From positions 492,764-556,763 of the forward strand of contig CAWBCT010000005.1 in assembly GCA_963787445.1 (NCBI GenBank): a stretch of 64,000 nt of DNA, in the 5' to 3' direction. Below are positions 34,750 to 44,325 of the stretch, one piece after another; position 1 is the stretch's first letter, and each line of letters begins with the position of its first letter. This DNA is from an uncultured archaeon. GTDB lineage: Archaea; Micrarchaeota; Micrarchaeia; Micrarchaeales; CABMGC01. The notes under the pieces are model-generated. The model made no database searches. It was not told the origin of the DNA and saw nothing but the letters and a program-made list of their open reading frames with translations. The translations under genes were made by a program, and so were the position numbers.

Positions 34750-35334
34750 TTGGCTAGGCAAAATATCTATATCTTTTCATCCCCTATTAGGAGTGGTGCA
34801 TACTTGGAACTGCTCAGGGAGATCTCCGACCAAAGCTTTGGCCTGAAGCCGAGGAACACGAGATACGTAATCAGGAGAGCGGCGCGGGCGATAGTCCTCA
34901 ACGGCGAGGGCAGCATGGCGCTGATGCACGCAACAAAGCTGAACTACTACAAGCTGCCTGGCGGGGGAATAGAAGGCCGGGAGACGATACAGGCCGCTCT
35001 CCACAGGGAGGTGAAGGAGGAGACCGGCTGCCAGATAAAGGAGATCTGCCCCATCGGAGTCATAATAGAGTACCGGAGCCGGCTGAAGTTCATGCCCTTC
35101 TCCTATTGTTTCATTGCAAAAGTGATAGGAGCTCCTGAAAAGCCAAAGCTTACTGAAAGAGAGGAGGGCAACGGATTCGTCGTTGAGTGGTTCACCGTTG
35201 CCCAGGCCGTTCAGCTTCTGATCAAGCAGCGCCAGAGAATCACGAACTATGCCGGCAGGTTCATGAGCGAACGGGACCTCCTCTTCACCGAGAAAGCCGC
35301 GTCCTGGCTCCGAAGCCATCCGTCTAATCTGTAG
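34750..35334 (+). CDS. NUDIX hydrolase
   Basis: Nudix box GGGIEGRETIQAALHREVKEETGC. The start is uncertain: TTG 34750, or TTG 34804 preceded by GGTG. Confidence 0.75.
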   Translation: MARQNIYIFSSPIRSGAYLELLREISDQSFGLKPRNTRYVIRRAARAIVLNGEGSMALMHATKLNYYKLPGGGIEGRETIQAALHREVKEETGCQIKEICPIGVIIEYRSRLKFMPFSYCFIAKVIGAPEKPKLTEREEGNGFVVEWFTVAQAVQLLIKQRQRITNYAGRFMSERDLLFTEKAASWLRSHPSNL

Positions 35335-35985
35335 TTAACTCTTCAGGATCTTAAAGGCGTGGTTCCAGCTGTTGTTCTTGAAACCGTAGGTTACCCACAG
35401 GACGCACAAAGGCTCCATAATCCTTGACTGCTCGATTCCCCCAAGGTCGGTTATGTTCTTCCACCCAAAATCGCGTAGGATCTTCTCAACCGCCTTTTTC
35501 GCCGCTTCGTTGTTTCCGCAGAGTAGCATGTCCGGCTCTCCCTCCTTGAACTTTGGATTGATCATGCCGGCGTTGCCTATTATGTTCAGGGTCTTCACCA
35601 CATTCGCCTTTGGCAAAGCCCTCTGGGTTATCTCGCCTGCCGAATTGTTGAACCCTACAGAGAGCTTTGGCGGCATCCCGCCAGAAAAGTCAAGCGGGTT
35701 GGTCACATCGATGACAGTCTTTCCAGCAAAATTGGCAGGCCCCGCTAGCTTTACTGCTTCTTCTATGATCTCGCCCTTTACCGCTATGACTATCACTTCG
35801 CCAAACTTCGCAGTCTCCTGGAAAGTGCCGACAGAGGTCTTCTTGCCCGCCGTCTTCTTCAGCCAGGCCCTAATTTTCTCATTATTCGTGTCCCGCGTGC
35901 CTATCTTAACCTCATGCCCGAGGTTCGCAAAACCCGCTCCTATGACCTGACCCACGTCTCCTGAACCTATAATTCCAACCTTCAT
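35335..35985 (-). CDS. F420_oxidored-family NAD(P)-binding oxidoreductase (NADPH-dependent F420 reductase-like)
   Basis: MKVGIIGSGDVGQVIGAGFANLGHEVKIGTRD is the dinucleotide-binding fold typical of NpdG-like proteins. Confidence 0.7.
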   Translation of the reverse strand: MKVGIIGSGDVGQVIGAGFANLGHEVKIGTRDTNNEKIRAWLKKTAGKKTSVGTFQETAKFGEVIVIAVKGEIIEEAVKLAGPANFAGKTVIDVTNPLDFSGGMPPKLSVGFNNSAGEITQRALPKANVVKTLNIIGNAGMINPKFKEGEPDMLLCGNNEAAKKAVEKILRDFGWKNITDLGGIEQSRIMEPLCVLWVTYGFKNNSWNHAFKILKS

Positions 35986-36071
35986 AAACTCACCAATTTA
36001 AACAAGCGTTTCTGAACAGTTTTATATTGAAAATGTAAAGCTTTATAGCCATTCTATCCTTAATCTGATTT

Positions 36072-36737
36072 ATGAAAAACACGGCAACAACGCCCAAAAG
36101 TAACTCTGCCAGACACGCTGGCTATCTCTTCCTGATAAGCTCCGTGCTTTTCATACTCGCAATGGTTGTTGTGCAGCTCGCCTTCCCCTGCAATGCGCAC
36201 GGATGCTACAATCTTGGGACAAATCCGATTAGCGACCTGGGAAACACCGTGCTTTCAGTGCTGTGGCCCGTCTTCAACTACTCAATAATACTGTTCGGAG
36301 CCCTGCTCTTCGGAGGACTGGTGCTACTGCTTGAATCATTTCCCAAGGACTGGATTGGAAAGCTTGGAATATTATTCCTGATGCTGAGCGCCTTCGGCGC
36401 AGCCGGCGTGGGAACCGTGCCGGAGAATACTACACTGGCGATACATTCCACTTTTGCTGCTATCTCATTTGTTGCTGGAGGTGCTGGGGTTCTGCTGATC
36501 GGCATTGCATTATTAAGAAGAAGAGGGATTGGCTGGTATTCCGGATATTCGATCCTTTCCGGTGCCATAACTCTAATCGTCTTCTTCGCCTTCACACTTC
36601 CCCTTGGGATCTTCCCATCTCTTGCCTACTACGGGCCTGGCCTTGGATTCGGATTCGTTGAGAGGATAATCGCCTTCCCAGTGATCCTGTGGGTATTTGT
36701 GACTGGAATTCTGCTGTCAAAGAAAAATAGCGTGTAA
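36072..36737 (+). CDS. DUF998-like integral membrane protein
   Basis: 221 aa with 6-7 TM helices. It has an NPISDLG motif after TM1. Confidence 0.55.
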   Translation: MKNTATTPKSNSARHAGYLFLISSVLFILAMVVVQLAFPCNAHGCYNLGTNPISDLGNTVLSVLWPVFNYSIILFGALLFGGLVLLLESFPKDWIGKLGILFLMLSAFGAAGVGTVPENTTLAIHSTFAAISFVAGGAGVLLIGIALLRRRGIGWYSGYSILSGAITLIVFFAFTLPLGIFPSLAYYGPGLGFGFVERIIAFPVILWVFVTGILLSKKNSV

Positions 36738-36739
36738 AC

Positions 36740-37078
36740 CTAACTGTCTAGCCTGTACACCGCACTTCCTTCGGCGACGGGATGGTTTACCTTTATTCCT
36801 ATAGACTCATCCTCCTGCGCCTCCCCAACATCCTCGCGGTCTATCTGCATGCTTGAGATCCTCTGCCGTATTGCCTCGTCTTCGCTCCCTATCTCTATCA
36901 GATCACCGACCTTCAGCGCCCCCGTAAGCTTTATCGCAGCCACGCTGATCTTCTCAAAGTACTGTTCCACGCTGCCCACCTGTGTCCTTCCCCTGCTGCT
37001 CTCCTGCGGCTTGCTGTTCCTCCTATTCCTCTCCTCAAAGGCGTTAACCACGTCCATTGCGCTGTCTAGGTCGTCCAA
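36740..37078 (-). CDS. translation-elongation-factor domain-2-like beta-barrel protein
   Basis: VGSVEQYFEKISVAAIKLTGALKVGDLIEIGS...ISSMQIDREDVGEAQEDESIGIKV...GSAVYRL fits the small EF-Tu-D2-like family pattern. Confidence 0.5.
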   Translation of the reverse strand: MDDLDSAMDVVNAFEERNRRNSKPQESSRGRTQVGSVEQYFEKISVAAIKLTGALKVGDLIEIGSEDEAIRQRISSMQIDREDVGEAQEDESIGIKVNHPVAEGSAVYRLDS

Positions 37079-37123
37079 GCTATCATTAACAATCTGATTT
37101 GCACAATTATATAAGCATTTCAG

Positions 37124-37381
37124 TTAATCGTAAACCTCCTTTCTATGCTCAAATCGCAAAAGAATCAGACTGTCACCCTCTTTTTTGTAAATCAATCTAT
37201 AAGGATTAATGCGAATCGTTCTTTCACCCTTCAAGGTGTATCCCAAAGGTTTTCCCACTTCGGGGTTTTCGCACAACCTTTTTACCTCAGAATCTATCCT
37301 CTTGTTAATGGCCCTATTTCTTAACTTCTTTACGTCCTTCTCGAACTTATCTGTTACAATTATCTTATCGATAATTACCAT
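37124..37381 (-). CDS. RelE/ParE-family type II toxin
   Basis: 85 aa. FEKDVKKL...VKRLCENPEVGKPL...LKGERTIRINPYRLIYKKEGDSLILLRFEHRKEVY. It overlaps the antitoxin gene by 7 nt. Confidence 0.8.
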   Translation of the reverse strand: MVIIDKIIVTDKFEKDVKKLRNRAINKRIDSEVKRLCENPEVGKPLGYTLKGERTIRINPYRLIYKKEGDSLILLRFEHRKEVYD

Positions 37382-37653
37382 TTCGCCAACTCCTCAGAAA
37401 AAGATTTCTTGGAGTATATCTTGTATCTACCCTGCTCTATGTCTTTCCAAGCTTCCTCGACGCCCACCAATGTCTTTAGGTCTCGTTCGTCTATGCCTGA
37501 ACCTACCTTTTTCATTACTATCATCCCATTTTTAGACGTAACAAAGAATAGGTTACCTGTTTTGACCTTTAGTCTTTTCCTAATGTCTGTTGGAATAACA
37601 ATCTGCCCTTTTGAGCTTGCTCTTGTTATCTCAATCATCTCACTTTTTCCCAT
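37375..37653 (-). CDS. AbrB/MazE/SpoVT-family antitoxin
   Basis: SSKGQIVIPTDIRKRLKVKTGNLF is the swapped-hairpin AbrB motif. It lies upstream of and overlaps the relE-like gene. Confidence 0.75.
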   Translation of the reverse strand: MGKSEMIEITRASSKGQIVIPTDIRKRLKVKTGNLFFVTSKNGMIVMKKVGSGIDERDLKTLVGVEEAWKDIEQGRYKIYSKKSFSEELAKW

Positions 37654-37703
37654 AATAGTAAGATAATCTTACTCATATATAAGTCTTATGTTTAAAAAGC
37701 ACG

Positions 37704-37775
37704 CGCCCGAAGAAGGGATCGAACCTTCGACCTTGCGGTTAACAGCCGCACGCTCTACCACTGAGCTATTCGGGC
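37704..37775 (-). tRNA. tRNA-Asn (GTT)
   Basis: Hand-folded cloverleaf: acceptor GCCCGAA/TTCGGGC, D stem GCTC/GAGC, anticodon stem TGCGG/CCGCA with loop CTGTTAA, T stem GAAGG/CCTTC with loop TTCGATC. No CCA is encoded. Confidence 0.85.
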
Positions 37776-37816
37776 ATAAGGAGTGCATATATCATTGCTC
37801 TTAAGGTATTAAAATG

Positions 37817-38506
37817 TTATTGCGATGACGTCTTGAAGAAGACGGGCTTCTCGGCCAGGTTTATTATCTTCAGGTAAAGGTAGGCGTGGTCGCCGACGCT
37901 GTCCGTGAAGCCCACCGCGCCGCTCTTGTAATCATACCTGGCGAAGCTCATCGGCTGCTGGGCTGCGGTCTTCGCGTAGTACAGTGTAGTGTCCTCGCCG
38001 TGCATGCCCTCCACCAGGTCCAGGCCGTAGAGAACCGTCTCCTTCCCGTCCCTGAACGAGCAGAGATGCCTTATTCCCTCACCTTTTCCGCTGTTTATCG
38101 CCAATTTTATCAGGTCCTCCGCGCTCCCCAGCCTCACGCTGCGCAGCTTCGGACTCTTGAGCTTGCCGGGCTTCTGAAATTCCACCAGCTCCATCCTCAA
38201 TATGCTTGTCGCCTTGTTCTCCTGTCCCGCGCCCAGAACCACAAACTTCACCTCCTCGCCCTCAGAGTTCTCCGGGGGCTTGTACAGAAGCCCCTTTGGC
38301 TTCTCCTCCGTCCTGGTGAAGTACACGACGCCCTTGTCCCCTATCCTCTCCCCGAAAATGTACAGGTAGTGGGGTTTCACCGCCTCTTCTAGAAAGATGT
38401 TGTCGTATGTGAAGTCGAAGTTGTAGGCATACCTGGCTACGTCCGTGAGCGAGAGCACACGCAGAGGTATGAGTGACATGGTTTTGGGTTTTTCTTTCTT
38501 TGGCAT
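37817..38506 (-). CDS. hypothetical cytoplasmic protein (229 aa)
   Basis: No TM helix and no recognised motif. GGTGC lies 4 nt upstream of the ATG. It sits 9 nt downstream of the surface-protein gene, so the two are probably co-transcribed. Confidence 0.5.
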   Translation of the reverse strand: MPKKEKPKTMSLIPLRVLSLTDVARYAYNFDFTYDNIFLEEAVKPHYLYIFGERIGDKGVVYFTRTEEKPKGLLYKPPENSEGEEVKFVVLGAGQENKATSILRMELVEFQKPGKLKSPKLRSVRLGSAEDLIKLAINSGKGEGIRHLCSFRDGKETVLYGLDLVEGMHGEDTTLYYAKTAAQQPMSFARYDYKSGAVGFTDSVGDHAYLYLKIINLAEKPVFFKTSSQ

Positions 38507-38515
38507 TACGGCACC

Positions 38516-39358
38516 TTAGGCCCTGACAGCAAGTCCGTACAGGTAGGAGACCAGCGACATCAGGGCGTAGGCCGGCTCCAGGATTATCGGCGAGAGCACT
38601 GCGCCCTGGTCTATCGCCTTATAGTCGTTGTAGAGGCTCTCGTTCACGTCAAAGGTTATCGGGTAGGACTGCCTTATCAGCGGGCTCGTCGAAGAGCTCA
38701 CGGTGAGGTTGAAGTTGTAGGCGCCGGGCTCGCTCAGGAAGATCGGGTAGGTGAAGGTGTTGGTCCTTGAATGGAGCGAGATCACCTGGTCGGTTATGTT
38801 CCAGGCAGGAAGGCTGTGGGCGCTTATGACGAACGGGTCGTCCGAGATCCCGGTGTTGTTTATGGTCACGTAGAGCTCTGTGGGCTGCCCTATGCCCGCG
38901 TAGATCCTGAGCGGGTTCACGTTAAGGTTGAAAACGTTCGTGGTCACGTTCATGTAAACCGTTGCGGTAAGGTTTCCTATCCTAGAGTAGTTCTGCACGT
39001 TCAGGGCCTTTATCTGGAACGAGTAGGCCCCGTTGGGCGTGTAGGAGGCCACCGTCACCTTCATCTTCATCGGGTTCTCGTAGAGAGGCGAGGCCTGCGC
39101 AGACCATCCCGCCGGAAGGTTGTTGGCCGTGAGCGTGTCCCACCCTATCGGGCCGACGTAGCTGCCCGAGGCGTTAACGGTTGCGGAGCCTGCGGAGATG
39201 TAGAAGCTCTCGCCCGGTCCCACCTTTCCAAGATAAACGCTGCCCCCATTGTAAAGCGTTGCGTTTAGGGGCGCCTGAACAGCCAGGTAGGTCGAGCTGG
39301 CGTAGGCAACAGCCATGGAAAGGATGGCAAGCAGTAGGGCTGTCCTCAAAAACTTCAT
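38516..39358 (-). CDS. secreted, C-terminally anchored surface protein with two Ig/CARDB-like beta modules
   Basis: Signal peptide MKFLRTALLLAILSMAVAYA, nine N-x-S/T sequons, and a C-terminal hydrophobic anchor ALMSLVSYLYGLAV. Confidence 0.6.
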   Translation of the reverse strand: MKFLRTALLLAILSMAVAYASSTYLAVQAPLNATLYNGGSVYLGKVGPGESFYISAGSATVNASGSYVGPIGWDTLTANNLPAGWSAQASPLYENPMKMKVTVASYTPNGAYSFQIKALNVQNYSRIGNLTATVYMNVTTNVFNLNVNPLRIYAGIGQPTELYVTINNTGISDDPFVISAHSLPAWNITDQVISLHSRTNTFTYPIFLSEPGAYNFNLTVSSSTSPLIRQSYPITFDVNESLYNDYKAIDQGAVLSPIILEPAYALMSLVSYLYGLAVRA

Positions 39359-39414
39359 GATATAGATAACGGCATAACATCTTTATAAGATTATCTGATT
39401 TTATTCTATATGAT

Positions 39415-40329
39415 GTGTCTATGGCAACTCCTCAGTATCTCTGGTTTGATGGCAAGTTTATCCCATTCGCAGAAGCGAAGGTTCACGTGCTAACCCACTC
39501 ATTGCAGTACGGCAGCGGGATCTTTGAAGGCATGCGGGCCTACGAGACCGACCGCGGCCCATCGATCTTCCGCCTCAAGGACCACATGCAGCGCTTCATC
39601 AACACCGCAAAGGTGTACCAGATGGACCTGGGAGCCACAAAGTCGCAGCTGGAGGCAGCCGCACTAGAGCTGGTCAGAAAGAACAAGCTGGGAAGCTGCT
39701 ACCTACGCCCCTACGCTTTCTACAACGACCAAAGAATAGGGATCAGTGTTACGGGCAAGAAGGTCAGCACCATGATAGCCGCTGAAGAGCTCGGTTCCTA
39801 CTACAAGTCAAAGGACAAGGGGATAAGCTGCAAGGTCTCCTCCTGGAGGCGCATAAACTCAAACATACTCCCTCCCCAGGCCAAGGCCAGCGGCAACTAC
39901 CTCAACTCAATCCTTGCATCCCAGGAAGCACACTCCTGCGGTGCAGACGAGGCGATCCTTCTTTCCACCTCAGGCTACGTGGCCGAGGGTCCGGCAGACA
40001 ACATCTTCCTAGTTAGAGACGGCAAGCTCCTCACCCCTTCAGTCGAATCCGACATATTAATGGGAATAACGCGCGACACCGTGATCAAGATCGCGCGCTC
40101 CAAGGGAATCGAGGTTGAAGAGCGCCAGATTCATAGGGAAGAGCTCTACGCTGCAGATGAGATCTTCTTCACCGGCACGGCTGCCGAGATAGCCCACATT
40201 GTGCGTGTTGATTCAAAGACCGTGGGCGATGGAAAAGCGGGCCCGATCGGCAAGCTAATCACCGATGCCTACAAGAAAGTGGTGACCGGAAAGACCAAGA
40301 TGGGCAAGGACTGGCTTAACTACGCCTGA
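39415..40329 (+). CDS. ilvE: branched-chain amino acid aminotransferase (fold type IV)
   Basis: WFDGKFIPFAEAKVHVLTHSLQYGSGIFEGMRAY, KASGNYLNS and EGPADNIF. TATA tttataa lies at 39382-39388. The start is GTG 39415 or ATG 39421. Confidence 0.9.
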   Translation: MSMATPQYLWFDGKFIPFAEAKVHVLTHSLQYGSGIFEGMRAYETDRGPSIFRLKDHMQRFINTAKVYQMDLGATKSQLEAAALELVRKNKLGSCYLRPYAFYNDQRIGISVTGKKVSTMIAAEELGSYYKSKDKGISCKVSSWRRINSNILPPQAKASGNYLNSILASQEAHSCGADEAILLSTSGYVAEGPADNIFLVRDGKLLTPSVESDILMGITRDTVIKIARSKGIEVEERQIHREELYAADEIFFTGTAAEIAHIVRVDSKTVGDGKAGPIGKLITDAYKKVVTGKTKMGKDWLNYA

Positions 40330-41223
40330 TCACTTGGTCAGCAGCGTGTAGCCGTCCTTCTCCACTATCAGCTCCTTCTCAGCCTGCGCCACAAGGCCTC
40401 CCTTCTCCTCTACGAGCACCGGGAAGGTCTCGAGCACCTCCATGTTCACGAGCTCCTGGATTCCCTTGCGTATCCCGAAGCCGCTCAGGTTAGGAAGGGC
40501 CTTCTCTAGCCATCTTATGGCAAAGGGATAGGTCAGGTATCGCTCATCGACTATGGAGAGTATCTGCCTTGCCTCCTGGGATCTCGGAATCGCGTACTGG
40601 ACCTTCTGGAAGATCTGTATCTCATCGCTGTCCTGGACGTAGCCTGCGCCATCGGTAACGAACGGCTCTATGGAGATGACCTGGCCTTCTAGGAGCCTAG
40701 TCGTATCTCCGTTGTCAAAGTTTGCTATGAAGACGTCAGCGTGCAGCTCCTCTGAAGTTATCCCATGCCCGCCGAGATTCCTTACTGGGAAGACACCCTT
40801 CTCAGTAACCACCCTTTCTATGGCCTTTCCTATCTCTCTTAATTGAACCCCGGCCTTCACTACGCCTAAAGCAGCCTCTAGCGATTCCTCTGCAGCTTCA
40901 ACGAGCGAGGTGTTATTCCCTGAAATGTCAACAGTTACCGCGCAGTCTCCCAAGCAGGTTCCCTTCCTTGCTCCAACATCCACCTTCACCAGGTCTCCGG
41001 ATTTGAAAACGGTGTCATCCTCCTTTGAGGGGGTATAGTGGGCGGCCTTGCTGTTTACGGAGATGTTTACCGGGAACGAGAGCCCGAAACCCTTCTTCTC
41101 TATGAATGACTCTATGCTCTCAGCAACGTCAAAGAGCTTCGCACCCTCCTTGACCAGGCCTCTGGCATGCTGAAGTGCCTCGTACGAGGCCTTTCCTACC
41201 TCAAGATGTTCCTTATGGTCCAT
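40330..41223 (-). CDS. map: methionine aminopeptidase, type 2 (archaeal)
   Basis: 297 aa. AAHYTP, DVGA..G...D.A.T and GHG are the pita-bread metal-ligand pattern. Confidence 0.9.
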   Translation of the reverse strand: MDHKEHLEVGKASYEALQHARGLVKEGAKLFDVAESIESFIEKKGFGLSFPVNISVNSKAAHYTPSKEDDTVFKSGDLVKVDVGARKGTCLGDCAVTVDISGNNTSLVEAAEESLEAALGVVKAGVQLREIGKAIERVVTEKGVFPVRNLGGHGITSEELHADVFIANFDNGDTTRLLEGQVISIEPFVTDGAGYVQDSDEIQIFQKVQYAIPRSQEARQILSIVDERYLTYPFAIRWLEKALPNLSGFGIRKGIQELVNMEVLETFPVLVEEKGGLVAQAEKELIVEKDGYTLLTK

Positions 41224-41242
41224 GTTATTACATCGCAGGACG

Positions 41243-41872
41243 TTATTTTATTATCTTGTGCTTGATCAGGGCAACCTTCACGATCCTGAAGATAAGCTCA
41301 TGGCCTTCCTCATTCGGATGCAGGCCATCCGCAAGGAGTTTGTGGTAGTTTGCCTTCTCGAACTCTGTCCGTATCTTGATTATTGGGACATTTTCCTGCC
41401 AGCAGATGCTGGCCAGTATGTCGTTCAGCGCGTTTATGTCTTTGTTTCTGTAGAATATTTCCGAATTCCAGGGCACAGGGGTGACCTTTGGCTCCGAAAC
41501 CGGCAATAAATCCAAGAAAAATATATTTTTTGTGTACTCCTTTGCGAGTTCTATCAACTTGTTGATATTCGATGAAAATTCCCTGTTAGTTACAGTGCGT
41601 TTCTTCCTCGTAGAAGCATCGTTACCTCCAACCGAAAATATTATGGCGAAGTTTTCCTTATACTCGGCAGCTTCCCTAAACCGAGCTCCGCATTCAATCT
41701 TGAACCTTTTCATGATCTCTTTGCTTGTGTCACCAGAGATTCCAAGGTTGTAGACCATGTCTCCATCATCTTTTGAGTCAATGTACTTTCTGAGCCTGTT
41801 TACCCACCCTCCCTGCTCTCTATCCAATGCGCCATATGTGTCGCTGTCTCCGAATACACAGATTACTGTCAT
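41243..41872 (-). CDS. SGNH/GDSL hydrolase
   Basis: Block I VFGDSDTYG, block III GGNDAS, block V DGLHPNEEGH. The start is set at ATG 41872, 4 nt after the polB stop. The gene is strongly AT-rich. Confidence 0.75.
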   Translation of the reverse strand: MTVICVFGDSDTYGALDREQGGWVNRLRKYIDSKDDGDMVYNLGISGDTSKEIMKRFKIECGARFREAAEYKENFAIIFSVGGNDASTRKKRTVTNREFSSNINKLIELAKEYTKNIFFLDLLPVSEPKVTPVPWNSEIFYRNKDINALNDILASICWQENVPIIKIRTEFEKANYHKLLADGLHPNEEGHELIFRIVKVALIKHKIIK

Positions 41873-41876
41873 AATT

Positions 41877-44309
41877 TCACACCAATCTCTTTTGAGATCC
41901 CAATCCCTGCAATTCCTCTTCAGTAACACCAAGTTCCTTGAGAATCTTAAGCGTTGCGGGTATTATCTGGTGATTTATGTAATAGTCCGCATCGTAATCC
42001 TTTGCGAACTCCTCCAACTCTGCCTTATCGGAGATGCTGCTGCCCGTCTTGGTCACCACATAGCTGATTGTGCTGCCCTCCATCTCCTTCTTGACCTTCT
42101 GCCCGCGCGCTATCGCCTTCTTCACAGCAGCGAGCTCCGGCGATTTGTTGTCATAGCTGTCGATTTTTTTCCTCAACTGGGTCTGTATCACCAGCTCCTT
42201 GATGTCCGCCTTGCCTTCCCTAAGCCTCTTTACCACATCCTTGACTATGGCTATCGCGCTCTCCTTGGTCCCTGCGTGAAGTATATTCTCCAATACGGCC
42301 CTCTGCGTATTTCTGGAGACGGCCGACCAATCCCTTCTAACAAGTTCAAATCCGCGTATCTTTATCCTTCCTGACTCTGAAAGCAGCGCATACTTCTTCT
42401 TTGCACCGGCGTCTACCGCTCCCCTCTTGCCTACAAAGACCCCGCTGGTGTAAAAATCTTCGAGTTCAAGTTCCATAGAATCCGGAAGTGATTTGTTTAC
42501 ATCGTCAAGGAACTTCTTCGCATCTTCCTTTGTCTTCTCTCCCCTAAGAAGCATAATCGAATCCGTGTCCCCATAGATCACCCTGAATCCGTGCTTCTCC
42601 GCACTCTCCATCGTCCTGTTTATGTACTCTCTGCCGAAAGCCGTGACGCTCTCAGCGCATTCGCGGGAGTACCAGCGAGACCTCGCATACCCGAGGTAGC
42701 CGTAGAACGAGTTCGCTATGATCTTGAGTCCTGTCGAACGGGCTGCAAGAGACTTGTTGTCCGGATCCTTCTTGAACGCCTTCTTTATCTCTGATCTCTC
42801 CTTAAGCATCAATCTCAGGACGTTGGGGACTATGCCGAGCGGCTTCTTCCTGAACTTTGCCTTGGTTGGTGATTCAAATACCTCTTCCTTATCGCTGCCC
42901 TTGTAAAGAGTTGAAGGGTCAATATTGTATGCGATTATTATGGATGGGTACAGGCTCCTGAAGTCAAAGACCACTATGTCCTTGTATATTCCCGCATCCG
43001 GCGTCTTTACGTAGGCACCCTCGATAGGGTTGTCGTTCCTCCAGTTGATGTCCCTGTCGTTTGGCTTGTTCGGTATGAACTCGTTGTTATTATGCGCATA
43101 GCGCATCAAAAGATGCTCCACAAGCTGCCCCGTGGTTGAGATGCACGCCTCGCCCAGCGTTGTCCCTACTATCTTCGAGATTTCCTGCTCCAGCGGCACG
43201 AAGAACTTGTAAAGCTCCTCCAGCGCGAACGAGTCTGCCAGAGAGTAGTCTGCAAGCTCCTCCCTGTCCTTGTCTCCGCCGTCCCAGATCTGCCAGATGT
43301 TAAGCCTGTCAACCATCTTCTTCTTGTCTCCTGTTATTGCTGCGTAGACCTCGCTAAGCTTGAGGTTGCTCGCCTTTATCAGGTTCTCCGAAGCCCCAAC
43401 TATGGAGACGAACTTCGCCACGTTGTAAACGTCCACGTTGACCCTGCCAGGTATCTTCACCATCTGCACAAGCCCGTGGTTCTGCTGCTCCGGCGCGTCC
43501 CCATATCTTCCGATGTCGAAGCCGGCCCTGCTCACATTTCCGCGCTTCACCATGTAGGGAATATCGAAATTAGAGGAGTTGTAGCCCGCAATCGCGTCAA
43601 ACTGGCCGTTGTTCACGTACTCCACGAAGTTGCTGATCATCGCCTTCTCGCTCTCGAACACCTTGACGAACGGTCTCTTGATCTTCTTCGTTGTAAGCAC
43701 CGCAGACTCCTTCCCGTCGGTGTAGCTTACCATGATTACCGGATCGACCTCTGGCCTGGGCGTCCCTTGGGGGTTGTAGGTCTCAATATCAAAGCAGAGG
43801 TGGGTGATCTCCTCCTTCACTGCAGCCGCCGCTGGCCTGATCTCATCTATGCGGAGCTTCCCGTTCTCTTCATGCGCCGTAACTTCGATGCCGAACAGCG
43901 GCGAGAGCTTGTGATCAATCAGATATCTCTTCCAGAAAAGGATGTCGTACTCGTACCGCTCTCCGAACTCGGCCATCAGCTCGCTGAGCCTGGGAACCTG
44001 CCTCGTGCTCTGCACATAAATCCTGAACGCCCTTGTTGGCGTGCCTTTTAGCGAGAGTTTTTTCTCTTCAACAAGGAAGGGTTTGATTCCGCCCTCCTGG
44101 TCGGTCAGCTCCACCTTCTCCAGCGCCTCCTTTGTTATGCTCTCGCTGGAGGGTATTATGTAAAAATAAGGCCTAAAATTAAAATCAAAAAGCTGGTAGG
44201 CCTTCCCGCCAGCTTTCAGAGTAAGTCTTATGATGCTTCGTTCACCAACGGGCACGTAGTCTGCGTCAAGCAGGATACCGCTCAGTTTTACGCTGGCATC
44301 ATGCTCCAT
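41877..44309 (-). CDS. polB: family B DNA polymerase
   Basis: Exo I FDIETY, motif A DFRSLYPSIIIAYNI, motif B KIIANSFYGYLG, motif C YGDTDS. 810 aa with no intein. Confidence 0.95.
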   Translation of the reverse strand: MEHDASVKLSGILLDADYVPVGERSIIRLTLKAGGKAYQLFDFNFRPYFYIIPSSESITKEALEKVELTDQEGGIKPFLVEEKKLSLKGTPTRAFRIYVQSTRQVPRLSELMAEFGERYEYDILFWKRYLIDHKLSPLFGIEVTAHEENGKLRIDEIRPAAAAVKEEITHLCFDIETYNPQGTPRPEVDPVIMVSYTDGKESAVLTTKKIKRPFVKVFESEKAMISNFVEYVNNGQFDAIAGYNSSNFDIPYMVKRGNVSRAGFDIGRYGDAPEQQNHGLVQMVKIPGRVNVDVYNVAKFVSIVGASENLIKASNLKLSEVYAAITGDKKKMVDRLNIWQIWDGGDKDREELADYSLADSFALEELYKFFVPLEQEISKIVGTTLGEACISTTGQLVEHLLMRYAHNNNEFIPNKPNDRDINWRNDNPIEGAYVKTPDAGIYKDIVVFDFRSLYPSIIIAYNIDPSTLYKGSDKEEVFESPTKAKFRKKPLGIVPNVLRLMLKERSEIKKAFKKDPDNKSLAARSTGLKIIANSFYGYLGYARSRWYSRECAESVTAFGREYINRTMESAEKHGFRVIYGDTDSIMLLRGEKTKEDAKKFLDDVNKSLPDSMELELEDFYTSGVFVGKRGAVDAGAKKKYALLSESGRIKIRGFELVRRDWSAVSRNTQRAVLENILHAGTKESAIAIVKDVVKRLREGKADIKELVIQTQLRKKIDSYDNKSPELAAVKKAIARGQKVKKEMEGSTISYVVTKTGSSISDKAELEEFAKDYDADYYINHQIIPATLKILKELGVTEEELQGLGSQKRLV

Positions 44310-44325
44310 AAGCTCCCCTAGGGGC

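Noticed and set aside
37654-37816. A possible att-type direct repeat of the tRNA-Asn 3' end near the RelE/AbrB module. The same question was asked for tRNA-Arg and tRNA-His.
   Set aside because: I could not find a second copy of any tRNA 3' half in the adjacent few kb by eye. Island boundaries therefore remain undefined.
41757-42374. 205-aa plus-strand ORF across the polB/SGNH junction. A similar one lies at 41222-41509.
   Set aside because: It is antisense to two well-supported genes and has no motifs.
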